A stretch of 64,000 nt of DNA, taken from positions 31,523 through 95,522 of IMG/VR virus record IMGVR_UViG_3300030372_004069; one strand, 5' to 3'. The DNA comes from a virus (taxonomy: Duplodnaviria > Caudoviricetes). Made by a program: the position numbers and the translations under genes. The first letter of the stretch is position 1. Each line of letters opens with the position of its first letter. The notes beneath the pieces were generated by a model, which made no database searches, was not told the origin of the DNA, and saw only the letters and a program-made list of their open reading frames with translations. Below are positions 29,602 through 40,700 of this stretch, one piece after another.

Positions 29602-32600
29602 ATGACCAATAAACCTTTCGGTGTAGAAGAATTAAATATAGTTGGATCTGCTGGAACTTCCCTTATAGAAGCTGTAGCTGATTTACATATCCGAGTAGGT
29701 GGTGGATGTACTGTAGGTATTGGAACAAGTGTATTTAATATTCAAGATGGAACAGCAGACGCTGATAATGATTCTGTTTTAAATGTCGGTATCGTAACTG
29801 CAAATCAATATTATGGTACATTTAAGGGAACTATTGATCCTGGAACTTCTACTCTTAGTATTGCTTCTTCTCTTACTGATGTCATAGGAGTTAATGCTAA
29901 TCAGATTTATCCTAAAATTGCATCTGAAGATAGTATATTATTTTGGGATTTTAGTGCAACTAAAACAACTTATTTAAAGATTGGAGATGGAGTAACAATA
30001 GATGGTGATACGTTAAAAGGAGATTATACTTTACCTGTAACAGGCACTACTGGTGGAGAGAGTACAGGGGAAGCTATATGGACATTAACACCCAGTTCAG
30101 GAACAGGAGATTCTGTCACATTAAAAGCAGGTACTAATGTATCAATTGATGCCACTAGTGTAGGTTCTGGGGAATTTACTCTGAATGTTGCTTCTGGTGC
30201 TGGTATTACATTTACTGGTATTGATGTAAAGCAATATTCTGATAATTTAAGTCCAACAAGAACAGAAAGAACTTGTTCTGATCCGATTGTAGTTGATATT
30301 GCTAGTAATACTGCCACCATTGCAATTGGTAATACGAGTAATGCTTATGGTGAGAGGTATATACAGACAACAGAACCTGCAACTTCTTGTGATGGTGATA
30401 TTTGGTATGATACATCACCTCCAGCTGGAGGAGGTGGGAGTGGTATAACCATTGAGGATGAAGGTGTTGCCCTATCAACTCTAGCTACAACCCTTAATTT
30501 CACTGGAGATGGTGTTACTGCAACTGGTACTGGAGCAACGAAAACTATAAACATTCCTGCTGCTAGTGGTGCTATAACCATTGAGGATGAAGGTGTTGCC
30601 CTATCAACTCTAGCTACAACCCTTAATTTTACTGGAGATGGTGTTACTGCAACTGGTACTGGAGCAGAAAAAACTATAAACATTCCTGCTGCTAGTGGTG
30701 CTATAACAATTAAGGATGAAGGTAGTGCATTAACAACTGAGGCAACAACTTTAAATTTCACTGGAGATGGTGTTACTGCAACTGGTACTGGAGCAGAAAA
30801 AACTATAAACATTCCTAGTGGTGGTATCAGTGGTATAACCATTGCTGATGAGGGTAGTGATTTATCAACTTTAGCTACAAAACTTGATTTTGTTGGAACT
30901 GGTGTAGTTGCTAGTGGAACAGGAGCAACGAAAACTATTACAATTTCTAGTGGTGGAACTATAGGAGAAGTTGTTGCATGGTCAGGTTTAATGACAGATT
31001 CTGATATTCCTTCTGGATACTTCTTATGTGATGGACGGTCATTAAACAAAAATATATACGCTTCTTTATTTGCTATCACAGGATATATTCATGGTGGAAG
31101 TGGAGATAATTTTAATATCCCAGATTTAAGAGATAAATTTATTGTTGGAGCATATTCTGATGGTAGTGATACGACATATCCACAAGTAAAACCAAGTGCA
31201 ACTGGTGGTAGTGCTGATGCAGTAGTTGTTCAGCATAATCATAGTTATGTTACTAAAGGCGGTACCTATACTGGTGATAGTCATACTGAACAATCCGACA
31301 CTTGGAGACTTGAGAGCACGGTAAACACAGGAGATAGTGGTGAGAGTGGAACCAATAAGAACCTACCACCATATTATGCACTTGCTTATATAATAAATGC
31401 AACTAATCAAGGTGGAGGTGGTGCTGGTGGTATTAGTGGTATAACCATTGAGGATGAAGGTGTTGCCCTATCAACTCTAGCTACAACCCTTAATTTTACT
31501 GGATCTGGTGTAGTTGCTACTGGTACTGGAGCAGAAAAAACAATTACAATTTCTGGTGGTTCATCTGCATTAATTAGTGTAAAGGATTATGGTGCTGTGG
31601 GAGATGGTGCTACAGATGATACTACAAGTATTCAAAATGCTATAAATGCCACATCAGCAGCTAAACAAAGACTATACATCCCTGCTGGTACATATATCGT
31701 TTCAAGTTTATCTCTTCTAGATAATACTTATCTATTTGGTGTTGGTACTTTAAAAAGAAAAGCAAGTTCAACAGGTTCTGTAATTACAACTAGTAGCAAA
31801 AATAATTGTATCCTTAAAGGATTTACTATTGATGGAAATAAATCTGCTGCAACTGCTAATAATGCAGCTATCTATATTAGTGGTGGGTATCAAATAGTCA
31901 TTGATGGAATTACAGTAACTAATCATACTTATGATGGAATTACAATTGTTAATACAACTGATAGAACACAAAAAACAGAAAGTTATATTAAAAATTGTAC
32001 AGTTAGTGATTCTGAAAGATATGGGATTGAAGCACAGGACGTTAAAGATTTAACGATTATTGGTAACTTGATTTCTAATCTTTCAGGTGCCTCTAATCCA
32101 ATACAAAATACTGGAATTTCGATTTATGGAACAGATGCTGATAAGACTGATTTAGTTACTGTAGAAGGTAATACAGTTATAGATGCAGGTGGAGCAGGTA
32201 TATCTGCTCCTTATATTTCAGAGACATCAAATTTTGGTGTATCAAAAGTACAAATTATCGATAATAAGGTAAAAGGTTCAGGTTATAATGGTATAGTAGT
32301 TCAGACAAATAATGGTATTGTTTCTAATAATATATGTGATAATAATGGTACAGCTACTGGTCATCAAGGAATTCTTATTAATGCTCACTACATAACTGTT
32401 GATGGTAATAGTTCTATTAATAATGCAGGAGTCGGCATAGACGTTGGAGATGGCAAGTTTGTTACAGTTACAGATAATATTGTCAACAACAACGTACAAA
32501 TAGGAATAGAAATAAATTCATGTGAAAGTTGTGTAGTTGACGGTAATATTGTTAGAGATAACTGGACAGGAGATGCGGGTGCTACTGCAAACGTTAGAGC

Positions 32601-35019
32601 CGGTATAGTTGTACATGAAGATGGTTTTTCAGGAGGTTGCTCAGATATAACTGTTTCAAATAATGAAGTAAAAACTGGAACTAATCAGAAATATGGAATT
32701 TCCCTTCTTGCTAATACAAACAGAGTTTCAATTATAGGTAATAGTTTAACAGGGTCAGGAAATAATAGTATATCAGGGTCTAGAGCTTTAAATATAGAAG
32801 CTATAAACGGATCATTTATATGTGAAAAAAATATAGATCCACCATCTGATATTGCTTCTGCACCTACAATAACTGTTGACCAAAATACAAATTTTCAAAT
32901 AGTTACAGGAACTACAACAATTACATCTATCGTTACTGGTACAACTACAGATACAAATAAGTATCAACGTGGAAGATTGTTAACACTATTATTTACAGGA
33001 ATTTTACAAGTTACAAATGGTTCAAATTTAAACCTAAATGGCAATTTAACCACTAGTAATGGAACCACATTAACACTGGTTGCTGAAGCTGGTACTTGGT
33101 ATGAAGTTTCTAGGAAGTCAGGTTCTGGTGGTGGAGGTAGTGGAACAGTTACTAGTGTTGGTAGTGGTACTGGATTGAGTGGAGGTCCAATCACAACTAC
33201 TGGAACACTTAATCTTGAAGATACCGCAGTCACTGCTGGATCATATAATAGTGCAAATATAACTGTTGATGCACAAGGAAGAATTACTGCGGCTGCAAAT
33301 GGATCTGGTACAGTAAATGTGAAAGACTACACAAATAGTAATGGAACCACACCTGGAGGTGGAACAGAGGATGATACTACAGCAATACAAGCTGCATTTG
33401 ATGCAGCAAATTCTACTACTCACCAAAAAGGAAAACGAATAGTATTTCCAGCAGGTGTATATTGTGTTGAGAGTCAATTAAATGTAACTTTAGATGCTGT
33501 TCAGGAACAATTCCATGTTGAAGGGTTAGGAAATGTAGTTATACGACAAAAACATGCGAATAATGGATTTAATATTGATATTGATACGAACCATTTTCTT
33601 GAAGATGAAGGTGCACCAAGAGTCTCAATACGTGGTATAAAATTCGCACAGGATGAGAGCCTTAGTAATGGTCAAGGAAAAGCAATTTATCTAGATGGTA
33701 ATAATCAGGGAGCACGACATACCTCCTTATGTACCATTGATAATTGTCAAATAGGGAATTGGGGGGATCAAGAAAAGTCTTTTGGTATGGGTATTCATAT
33801 TAGTAAACTTCATGATGTATCTATTACTAACTGTTCATTCTTTATGGATTTTGGTGATTCAGCAACCCCAAGAGTAGATCAAACTAACACAGCTGTATAT
33901 ATTGATGGTTCTAGTGGTTCACAACCAGGTCATTATTACGTTGATAATTGTTCTTTCTTTTATGGTAATTCAGGTATTACTCTTAAAGAATATTGTGAAG
34001 GTCTATATGTTTCTAATTGTGGTTTTGTTGCTAATGATAATGGTATATTTTGTGATGTGGATGCTGGAGGAGTAGAAAATGGCCTCCAAGTTACTAATTG
34101 TCACTTTAATCAAAATACTCTACAGTATGGTCATAGTATTTACTGTGAGTCAATGGTAGATATTACTATTTCTAGTTGTTTGTTGTATTCAGGGGTAACA
34201 TCTGGATCTCAAACAGGAACTGGTTCAAGAGGTAACATATACTTGGATGCTTGCGAAAATTATATCATTAGTAATAATGTTTTCAAAAAGCATGGTACCT
34301 ATGGTACAGATCAATTTAACTATGCAATAACTATTACAAATCCATATAATACTCATAAGGGTGTATCATCAATATATGGAAATAATTTTAGTAATTATAA
34401 TACTGACAAACGTGCCATATGGTTACAATTAGATAGTAATAGGGTTAAAGTTTTAAATAATTCATTTTATAATTGTAATAATCATATATTAGATGAAGGT
34501 TCAGAGAATACTACATTCCCTCAACTTACTAAGAGTGGTACTGCTGCAGATAATACTTCAGGAGATCCAGCTGTTACTGTTTGGCATGTCCAGAAGACTA
34601 CCAATCAAACTATTGATAATGAGACTTGGAGTGATATTACAAGTTTATCTCAGGATGTTACTGCTCTGAGTCCTACCAGTAAATTCTTAATTACTGCTAC
34701 TGTTAATGGTTCTATGAGTAATAATAGTGGACATGATGGTCTGTTGAGATTGATGAGAGGTACCACTGTAATAGGAAGCACTGCTACAGATGTTGGTGTT
34801 GATGCTAATAATACTGGTTTTGCACAGGTGAGTGGTCAAGATTCATATTATACTATTGATAATAGTTGTATAACCTTCCTAGATACTCCTGGTGTAGGAA
34901 CTCATACATATCATATAGAAGGGAGAAATAGTGATAATAGTTCTGATCTTATAATAAATGGTCGAACTGCTGGAGGTTACTATTTGGTTAGTCACATGAC
35001 AATTCAACAAATTTCTTAA
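29602..35019 (+). CDS. long tail fibre / tailspike with collar domain and two beta-helix (pectate-lyase-3-like) domains
   Basis: 43-aa repeats; collar GEVVAWSG..GYFLCDG..FNIPDLRDKF; SVKDYGAVGDGATDDT and NVKDY..DDTTAIQAA. Confidence 0.85.
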   Translation: MTNKPFGVEELNIVGSAGTSLIEAVADLHIRVGGGCTVGIGTSVFNIQDGTADADNDSVLNVGIVTANQYYGTFKGTIDPGTSTLSIASSLTDVIGVNANQIYPKIASEDSILFWDFSATKTTYLKIGDGVTIDGDTLKGDYTLPVTGTTGGESTGEAIWTLTPSSGTGDSVTLKAGTNVSIDATSVGSGEFTLNVASGAGITFTGIDVKQYSDNLSPTRTERTCSDPIVVDIASNTATIAIGNTSNAYGERYIQTTEPATSCDGDIWYDTSPPAGGGGSGITIEDEGVALSTLATTLNFTGDGVTATGTGATKTINIPAASGAITIEDEGVALSTLATTLNFTGDGVTATGTGAEKTINIPAASGAITIKDEGSALTTEATTLNFTGDGVTATGTGAEKTINIPSGGISGITIADEGSDLSTLATKLDFVGTGVVASGTGATKTITISSGGTIGEVVAWSGLMTDSDIPSGYFLCDGRSLNKNIYASLFAITGYIHGGSGDNFNIPDLRDKFIVGAYSDGSDTTYPQVKPSATGGSADAVVVQHNHSYVTKGGTYTGDSHTEQSDTWRLESTVNTGDSGESGTNKNLPPYYALAYIINATNQGGGGAGGISGITIEDEGVALSTLATTLNFTGSGVVATGTGAEKTITISGGSSALISVKDYGAVGDGATDDTTSIQNAINATSAAKQRLYIPAGTYIVSSLSLLDNTYLFGVGTLKRKASSTGSVITTSSKNNCILKGFTIDGNKSAATANNAAIYISGGYQIVIDGITVTNHTYDGITIVNTTDRTQKTESYIKNCTVSDSERYGIEAQDVKDLTIIGNLISNLSGASNPIQNTGISIYGTDADKTDLVTVEGNTVIDAGGAGISAPYISETSNFGVSKVQIIDNKVKGSGYNGIVVQTNNGIVSNNICDNNGTATGHQGILINAHYITVDGNSSINNAGVGIDVGDGKFVTVTDNIVNNNVQIGIEINSCESCVVDGNIVRDNWTGDAGATANVRAGIVVHEDGFSGGCSDITVSNNEVKTGTNQKYGISLLANTNRVSIIGNSLTGSGNNSISGSRALNIEAINGSFICEKNIDPPSDIASAPTITVDQNTNFQIVTGTTTITSIVTGTTTDTNKYQRGRLLTLLFTGILQVTNGSNLNLNGNLTTSNGTTLTLVAEAGTWYEVSRKSGSGGGGSGTVTSVGSGTGLSGGPITTTGTLNLEDTAVTAGSYNSANITVDAQGRITAAANGSGTVNVKDYTNSNGTTPGGGTEDDTTAIQAAFDAANSTTHQKGKRIVFPAGVYCVESQLNVTLDAVQEQFHVEGLGNVVIRQKHANNGFNIDIDTNHFLEDEGAPRVSIRGIKFAQDESLSNGQGKAIYLDGNNQGARHTSLCTIDNCQIGNWGDQEKSFGMGIHISKLHDVSITNCSFFMDFGDSATPRVDQTNTAVYIDGSSGSQPGHYYVDNCSFFYGNSGITLKEYCEGLYVSNCGFVANDNGIFCDVDAGGVENGLQVTNCHFNQNTLQYGHSIYCESMVDITISSCLLYSGVTSGSQTGTGSRGNIYLDACENYIISNNVFKKHGTYGTDQFNYAITITNPYNTHKGVSSIYGNNFSNYNTDKRAIWLQLDSNRVKVLNNSFYNCNNHILDEGSENTTFPQLTKSGTAADNTSGDPAVTVWHVQKTTNQTIDNETWSDITSLSQDVTALSPTSKFLITATVNGSMSNNSGHDGLLRLMRGTTVIGSTATDVGVDANNTGFAQVSGQDSYYTIDNSCITFLDTPGVGTHTYHIEGRNSDNSSDLIINGRTAGGYYLVSHMTIQQIS
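30445..31560 (+). repeat. five ~129-nt intragenic repeats (ITIEDEGVALSTLATTLNFTG...)
   Basis: Copies at 30445, 30574, 30703, 30835 and 31441; first two nearly identical in DNA. Confidence 0.9.
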
Positions 35020-35059
35020 TGAGAACCTCATGAATAAATATTTAAAAAAATTATAGATA

Positions 35060-36952
35060 ATGCCAATAAAAATAAAAAATGATGGTGCATGGGTTGAAGT
35101 AGGTAGCAGTGGTGTTAAGACTTATGATTTAACTGTTGAGCAAACGGGTGATCCAGCTACTGATGCTAATCCTGTATTAAGATTGAGTGATGGTACTACA
35201 AATGATGATATTACCATAACTGGTTCAGGTGCCGTTACTGTTACTCGTACTAGTGCCACTGGACTTACTATTGATGCGGCTTCTGGTGGAAATGATTATA
35301 CTATTCCTGTTTATGGTACTGGTAATGGAACTAGTGGAATCAGACTTCTTAAGAATGGTACTGACCATGATTCAGTAAGTATTTTTGGTATGAATGGTCT
35401 TAAAGTAGTGGGTAATGCTACTGATGGATTTAATGGTACCGCATTAATAATTAAAACAGTTAGTGGGGACGATGTAGGTGGTAAGACTTATACTTTTTCA
35501 TCTGTACAGGATGTTACTAATGTAAACTTAAGATTGAATGATGGAACTACTGATCAAGATGTACTCCTCACCGCAGGACCAGGTATTACTCTTAATAATG
35601 TAACTGCTAGTGGATTTGAGATTTCTACTAATGAAAATGCAGGTAAGACTTATGATTTAACTGTTGAGCAAACTGGTGATCCAGCTACTGATGCTAATCC
35701 TGTATTAAGATTGGGTGATGGTACTACGAATGATGATATTACCATAACTGGTTCAGGTGGCGTTACTGTTACTCGTAATAGTGCTACTCAACTTACGATT
35801 ACTGGTTCAGGAGCAGCTGGTGGTTTAACATTAGATACAACAGTAGCAGATATTTTGGATCTTGATGGTAGTACTTTAAAGGCCGATGATGCTACTGCTG
35901 ATAAAATTGTATTTTGGGATGATGATCCTGGAAAGTTAACTTATTTAACTGCTGGAAATGGTTTAGCGATAAGTGGAACTGAAATAACTGCCACAGGTAC
36001 TGCTAGTTTTTCTGTTCCAGGATCTGATAAACAAGTTCTGTTTAATGATTCTACTTTTTTAGCTGCTGCTTCAACGTTAGAATATGATAAAGCGGGAGAT
36101 GGTATATTATACAAGTATGGTGATCGTATACGATGTTTAAAAACAGGTGGTGAGAATTATTGTGATCTAACTGCCGATGGTGGAATTTTAATAAGAAGAG
36201 CCGATTCGGTTGCTAATCCTAATGACGGCCCTTACATAGATTTTAAAATAACTGATGATGATGCTGATGCTCGTATCCAGATAGAACGTGTTGTTACAAG
36301 TCCTGGTACTGATAGTTTCTCATCTCTCAAGTTTTTTACAGGTGGTGGTGGATTCACTTCTGGTAATCTTGCGGAAAGATTACGTATCGGAAAGGCAGGA
36401 GAGATTGGAATTGCTGGTGCCAATTATGGAACATCAGGTCAAGTACTAACCAGTGGTGGTCCTGGTGCATCTGTTGTATGGGGATCAGGTGGAGCTGGTG
36501 GTGTAGACTTAAAACAAAATAATGATAATACGTACTTTCAGATATGTTTTGCAGTATCTTCAGAAACAGAAGATGTCTACGTTAATGACAATCTTAGACT
36601 ACAAGTAAGACCACTAGACGGTGCTCTTCGTGTGATGGGTGACATTACTGCATTTTATTCTTCTGATGAAAGATTAAAAGATAATATATCTCCTATAAAA
36701 AATGCACTTGCAAAAGTTTCCTCAATTAGTGGTAACACATTTACATGGAATGAAAAATCTGACGATGATAAACAAGGGAATGATGATGTTGGTGTCATCG
36801 CACAAGAAATTGAAAAATTAGGACTTCCTAATGTAGTTACTACTAGAGACAGTGGTTACAAAGCAGTTAAGTATGAAAAATTGGTTCCACTTTTAATTGA
36901 GGCAATCAAAGAACTTAAAGAAGAAGTAGATGAATTAAAATCTAGATCTTGA
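35060..36952 (+). CDS. tail fibre with C-terminal S74 intramolecular chaperone
   Basis: SSDERLKDNI, GVIAQE, VKYEKLVPLLIEAIKEL. Confidence 0.9.
   Translation: MPIKIKNDGAWVEVGSSGVKTYDLTVEQTGDPATDANPVLRLSDGTTNDDITITGSGAVTVTRTSATGLTIDAASGGNDYTIPVYGTGNGTSGIRLLKNGTDHDSVSIFGMNGLKVVGNATDGFNGTALIIKTVSGDDVGGKTYTFSSVQDVTNVNLRLNDGTTDQDVLLTAGPGITLNNVTASGFEISTNENAGKTYDLTVEQTGDPATDANPVLRLGDGTTNDDITITGSGGVTVTRNSATQLTITGSGAAGGLTLDTTVADILDLDGSTLKADDATADKIVFWDDDPGKLTYLTAGNGLAISGTEITATGTASFSVPGSDKQVLFNDSTFLAAASTLEYDKAGDGILYKYGDRIRCLKTGGENYCDLTADGGILIRRADSVANPNDGPYIDFKITDDDADARIQIERVVTSPGTDSFSSLKFFTGGGGFTSGNLAERLRIGKAGEIGIAGANYGTSGQVLTSGGPGASVVWGSGGAGGVDLKQNNDNTYFQICFAVSSETEDVYVNDNLRLQVRPLDGALRVMGDITAFYSSDERLKDNISPIKNALAKVSSISGNTFTWNEKSDDDKQGNDDVGVIAQEIEKLGLPNVVTTRDSGYKAVKYEKLVPLLIEAIKELKEEVDELKSRS
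35116..35786 (+). repeat. ~140-nt intragenic direct repeat
   Basis: KTYDLTVEQTGDPATDANPVLRL... at 35116 and 35644, about 6 mismatches. Confidence 0.9.
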
Positions 36953-36977
36953 CAAACAACGTTGTTTATGATATGAT
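36949..36977 (+). promoter_or_regulatory. sigma70 promoter
   Basis: TTGACA-N17-TATGAT with extended TG. Confidence 0.7.
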
Positions 36978-36980
36978 ATC

Positions 36981-37181
36981 ATGAGTCACATTACTGCATG
37001 GATGGACGAAGAATATTTAATGAAGTGTGTGGTTGATCCCACAAAGAAAACTTTTTATCTCTATTCTAATGAAGGAGATACGAAGGAAATCGTATGCGAT
37101 AATACCGAACAATTTATGAATGTATTGAGTGTGGTTAGATCATCATGCCCAGAAGATAGATTAGTATATACTGATGTATAA
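36981..37181 (+). CDS. conserved hypothetical protein (start may be 37002)
   Basis: YLMKCVVDPTKKTFYLYSNEG...QFMNVL. Confidence 0.65.
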   Translation: MSHITAWMDEEYLMKCVVDPTKKTFYLYSNEGDTKEIVCDNTEQFMNVLSVVRSSCPEDRLVYTDV

Positions 37182-37184
37182 ATA
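37177..37184 (+). promoter_or_regulatory. T4-type late promoter
   Basis: TATAAATA; another at 45770; (C/A)TAAATA variants lie upstream of several structural genes. Confidence 0.6.
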
Positions 37185-37206
37185 TCGCAGGTATGTAAAG
37201 TGAAAC

Positions 37207-37389
37207 GTGGAACCTTATAAGGTAACTAATGCTGATAAAAAGGGTAATACTCCTGCTTGGCAAGGATATGTATCTAATAAAAAAAATGTAAAAACTGGTA
37301 AACCTCTTTATGAACTAGCAGATCATATAACTATAACCGAAGAAGAATGGCTTAGAATCCAAACAACTGGGGGTGGTTGTGAAAGTTAA
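37207..37389 (+). CDS. hypothetical protein
   Basis: GTG start after late promoter; VTNADKKGNTPAWQ. Confidence 0.45.
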   Translation: MEPYKVTNADKKGNTPAWQGYVSNKKNVKTGKPLYELADHITITEEEWLRIQTTGGGCES

Positions 37390-37708
37390 TTTTTCTTATA
37401 GAATATCTTCTACCTATTGTTGGTATAAAGATTGGGTAAATGAGAATAGAAAAATAGTCAGGATGTATTTTATAAATGATATTCCTTTTACATGGGATGA
37501 ATTAGAAGATATTGGAGTAAGCACTGAGGAAATACCAGGTCTTAAAATTATTGCAGATAATCAAAAAGAATATAATGTAGAAGAATTGTATAATTATCAT
37601 TCTTATTTGATGGAAGAAGAATTTAATCCTCTAATATTTTCACTAGAATTGGAGAATCCTGAAGATCTTCCTGATGATCGAAAATATGAAGAAGATCTAG
37701 CTAACTAA
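37373..37708 (+). CDS. conserved hypothetical protein
   Basis: MYFINDIPFTWDEL, YLMEEEFNPL. Confidence 0.65.
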   Translation: MVVKVNFSYRISSTYCWYKDWVNENRKIVRMYFINDIPFTWDELEDIGVSTEEIPGLKIIADNQKEYNVEELYNYHSYLMEEEFNPLIFSLELENPEDLPDDRKYEEDLAN

Positions 37709-37744
37709 ATAAGATATAGTAATAATTTTAGTAGTCATAATCCC

Positions 37745-40700
37745 ATGCCTCTGAATAAATTAGATAATTTTATAAAGAATACAGAAGGTCGTATTCTATA
37801 TGTGAGTCCAAGCGATTTAGACTCAACAGACACGATTGATAATCAAGGTAATTCACTTGCAAGACCTTTTAAAACCTTACAAAGAGCTTTAATTGAATCT
37901 GCTAGATTTTCTTATGTTAAAGGAAATAGTAATGATATTATAGAGAAAACTACAATCTTGTTAATGCCTGGTGAGCATACAGTTGATAATAGACCAGGTT
38001 TAGCAATATATGCTGATGGAAATGAGGCGAAAGTTAGAACCAAAAATGATAAGGGAGCAGGAACTCTTGCTAAGAATACATTAAATTTAGATTTAAATAG
38101 TAATTTTGATATAACACAAGGAGATAATATTCTTTATAAGTTTAATAGTGTTGATGGTGGAGTTGTTGTACCTAGAGGTACATCTATCGTTGGACTAGAT
38201 TTAAGAAAAACTAAGATAAGACCAAAATATGTTCCAAACCCAACAGATGATACGGTTCCGACTTCTTCAATATTTAAAGTAACTGGTTCATGTTATTTCT
38301 GGCAGTTTTCTATTTTTGATGGGAATGATTTAGATTTAGTTTATACTGATAATAATGTTTTTACTAGTGGTAAACAGGCATTTCCTACATTCTCACATAA
38401 TAAATTAACAGTATTTGAATATTGTGATGGTGTTAATAATGTAGATGGTTATGATAGTAATGATCTTGATATGTATTACTATAAAGTAGGAAATGCATAT
38501 AATGAAGGATCTACAAGACCTATAGAAAATACTCAAAAATATCCATTAAATTTATTAGCATTTGAACCACAAAGACCAGAGTGGGAAATTGTTGGTGCAT
38601 TTGGTAAAGATCCTCTTAGATTATCTAAGATTCAGGCTGGTACTGATGCTGGTGCCACATCTGTAGTAACAGTTACCACTACTACTCCACATAATCTTCA
38701 GGTTGGAACCCCAATTAAAATAAGAGGTGTTTCATCTCCAACTGGATATAATATTTCAGCACTTGTTACATATGTAAGTGATACGGATGATAAAGTATTT
38801 ACTTATACATGTCCACAAGCTGCACGAGAACCTGCTAACTTTGGACCAGGTAATGTATCTTCAGCAACTGTAACCATAGAAACTGATACTGTAGAAGGTT
38901 CTTCTCCTTATATCTTTAACTGTTCTATGAGATCAGTATGGGGTATGAATGGTATGAAGGCTGATGGTAATAATGCAGCTGGTTTTAAATCCATGGTTGT
39001 TGCTCAGTTTACTGGTATATCTCTACAAAAAGATGATCGTGCTTTTGTGAAATATGATGCAGGTACTAGAACCTATCAATCAAATAGTTATAGTGCAGTA
39101 GATGGTAGTGAATTATCAGGTGGATCTTCAGTAACCACTGTAGGAAAGGTATATCATTTAGATTCGGGAGCAATATATCGACCAGGTTGGGAAACAAGTC
39201 ATATTAAGATTACCAATGATGCTATTTTACAGATAGTTTCTGTCTTTGCTATTGGATATACTAAACATTTTGAGGCACAAAGTGGTGGTGATGCTTCCAT
39301 TACCAACTCTAACTCAAACTTTGGTCAATTAGCTTTGATTTCTGATGGATTTAAGAAAGAAGCATTTTTAAGAGATGATAGAGCATTTATTACTTCTATT
39401 GTTTCTCCTCGAAGTATTGAATCGGTAGAGGAAGAAGTTGATTGGTTATCTATTGATACATCTGAAGTTGATACCTCTAAGTTATATTTAGCTTCTTATA
39501 ATAGTGAAGATATTAAACCACCTTTTAATGCTCAAGGTTATAAGGTAGGTGCTGCTCTTGGTGATAAATTATATGTTGATATTTCAAATACTCCATATAG
39601 TGCAGAAATTTTGATGCCAGATGGTAGTAGTTCAGAAATATCTTATTCTGTTGTTACACCACCTATCTCCACCACTAATACCTTTGCTATTGGTAGTCAT
39701 AATTTAACTACAGGAGAAAAGGTTATTATTGTAAGTAGTGATGGAGATCTACCAGAAAATTTATCTGAGGATACGGTATATTATGTAATAACAGAGACAA
39801 CAAAAAATACTCTAAGTGCAAATGAAGTTGAATTAGCATCTTCTGAGTCTAATGCTGCAAATGGGTCAGAAATTACAGTTTCAGGGGGAACTAATCTTAG
39901 GATTGTTTCTAGGGTTACTGATAAATCTCCTGGTGAATCAGGCCATCCAATACAATGGGATTCTGTTAAGAGTAATTGGTATTTAACTGTTAATAGTACA
40001 GGTAATACTATTACAGGACAACTTTCTGCTCTTGCAACTGCAGGTGTTACTCAAACTGATTCAAGTTATGTAAAAAGAAAAGATGATACGAGAAGTTTAG
40101 ATGAAAAGATTTATCAATTAAGAGTTGTAATTCCAAAAGAGTCTTCTGATGCTAAAAATCCAGAAAATGGATTTATAATTCAAGAATCAAGTTCAACAGG
40201 AGTAACTACTGATACTGATTTCACTAGAACAAGTCTTTTAACCGATAGTGATTATGCATTTGATAGAAATCCAGGTTTTATTAGTACATCTTTCTATGAT
40301 TCAACAGTTGGAATTGCTTCTATAAGAACAGATCTTCCTCATACCTTAGATGTTGGAGACACTGTAATTATTAAGAATGTTCAAGATTCTGCTAACACTG
40401 TAGGTGCAGCTAATAGTGGTTATAATGGAACCTTTACTATAAGCAGTGTTCCTAATAACATGGAGTTTAAGTATAATACTAATTCTCAGACTCCTGGATC
40501 TTCAATGACAGGTATCACTACAATTAGATCTACTGAGTTACCACGATATCAAAGAAATAATTTACAAAAAAACCTTTATATCTATAGAAATGAGGTAGTA
40601 TCTGAATATATTAGGGGTCAGCAAGATGGTATCTATCACATCTATACACTTTCTGCTGATAATGCAATACCAGAGACCTTTACTTCCTTGAAGTATAGTC

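Noticed and set aside
30024-33477. Antisense ORFs within fibre genes (for example 30345..31079)
   Set aside because: Shadow frames caused by codon bias and repeats in the long sense ORF; same for similar shadows elsewhere
35116-35786. Repeat pair as a DGR template/variable repeat
   Set aside because: Mismatches are not adenine-specific, both copies are coding within one gene, and there is no reverse transcriptase in the window
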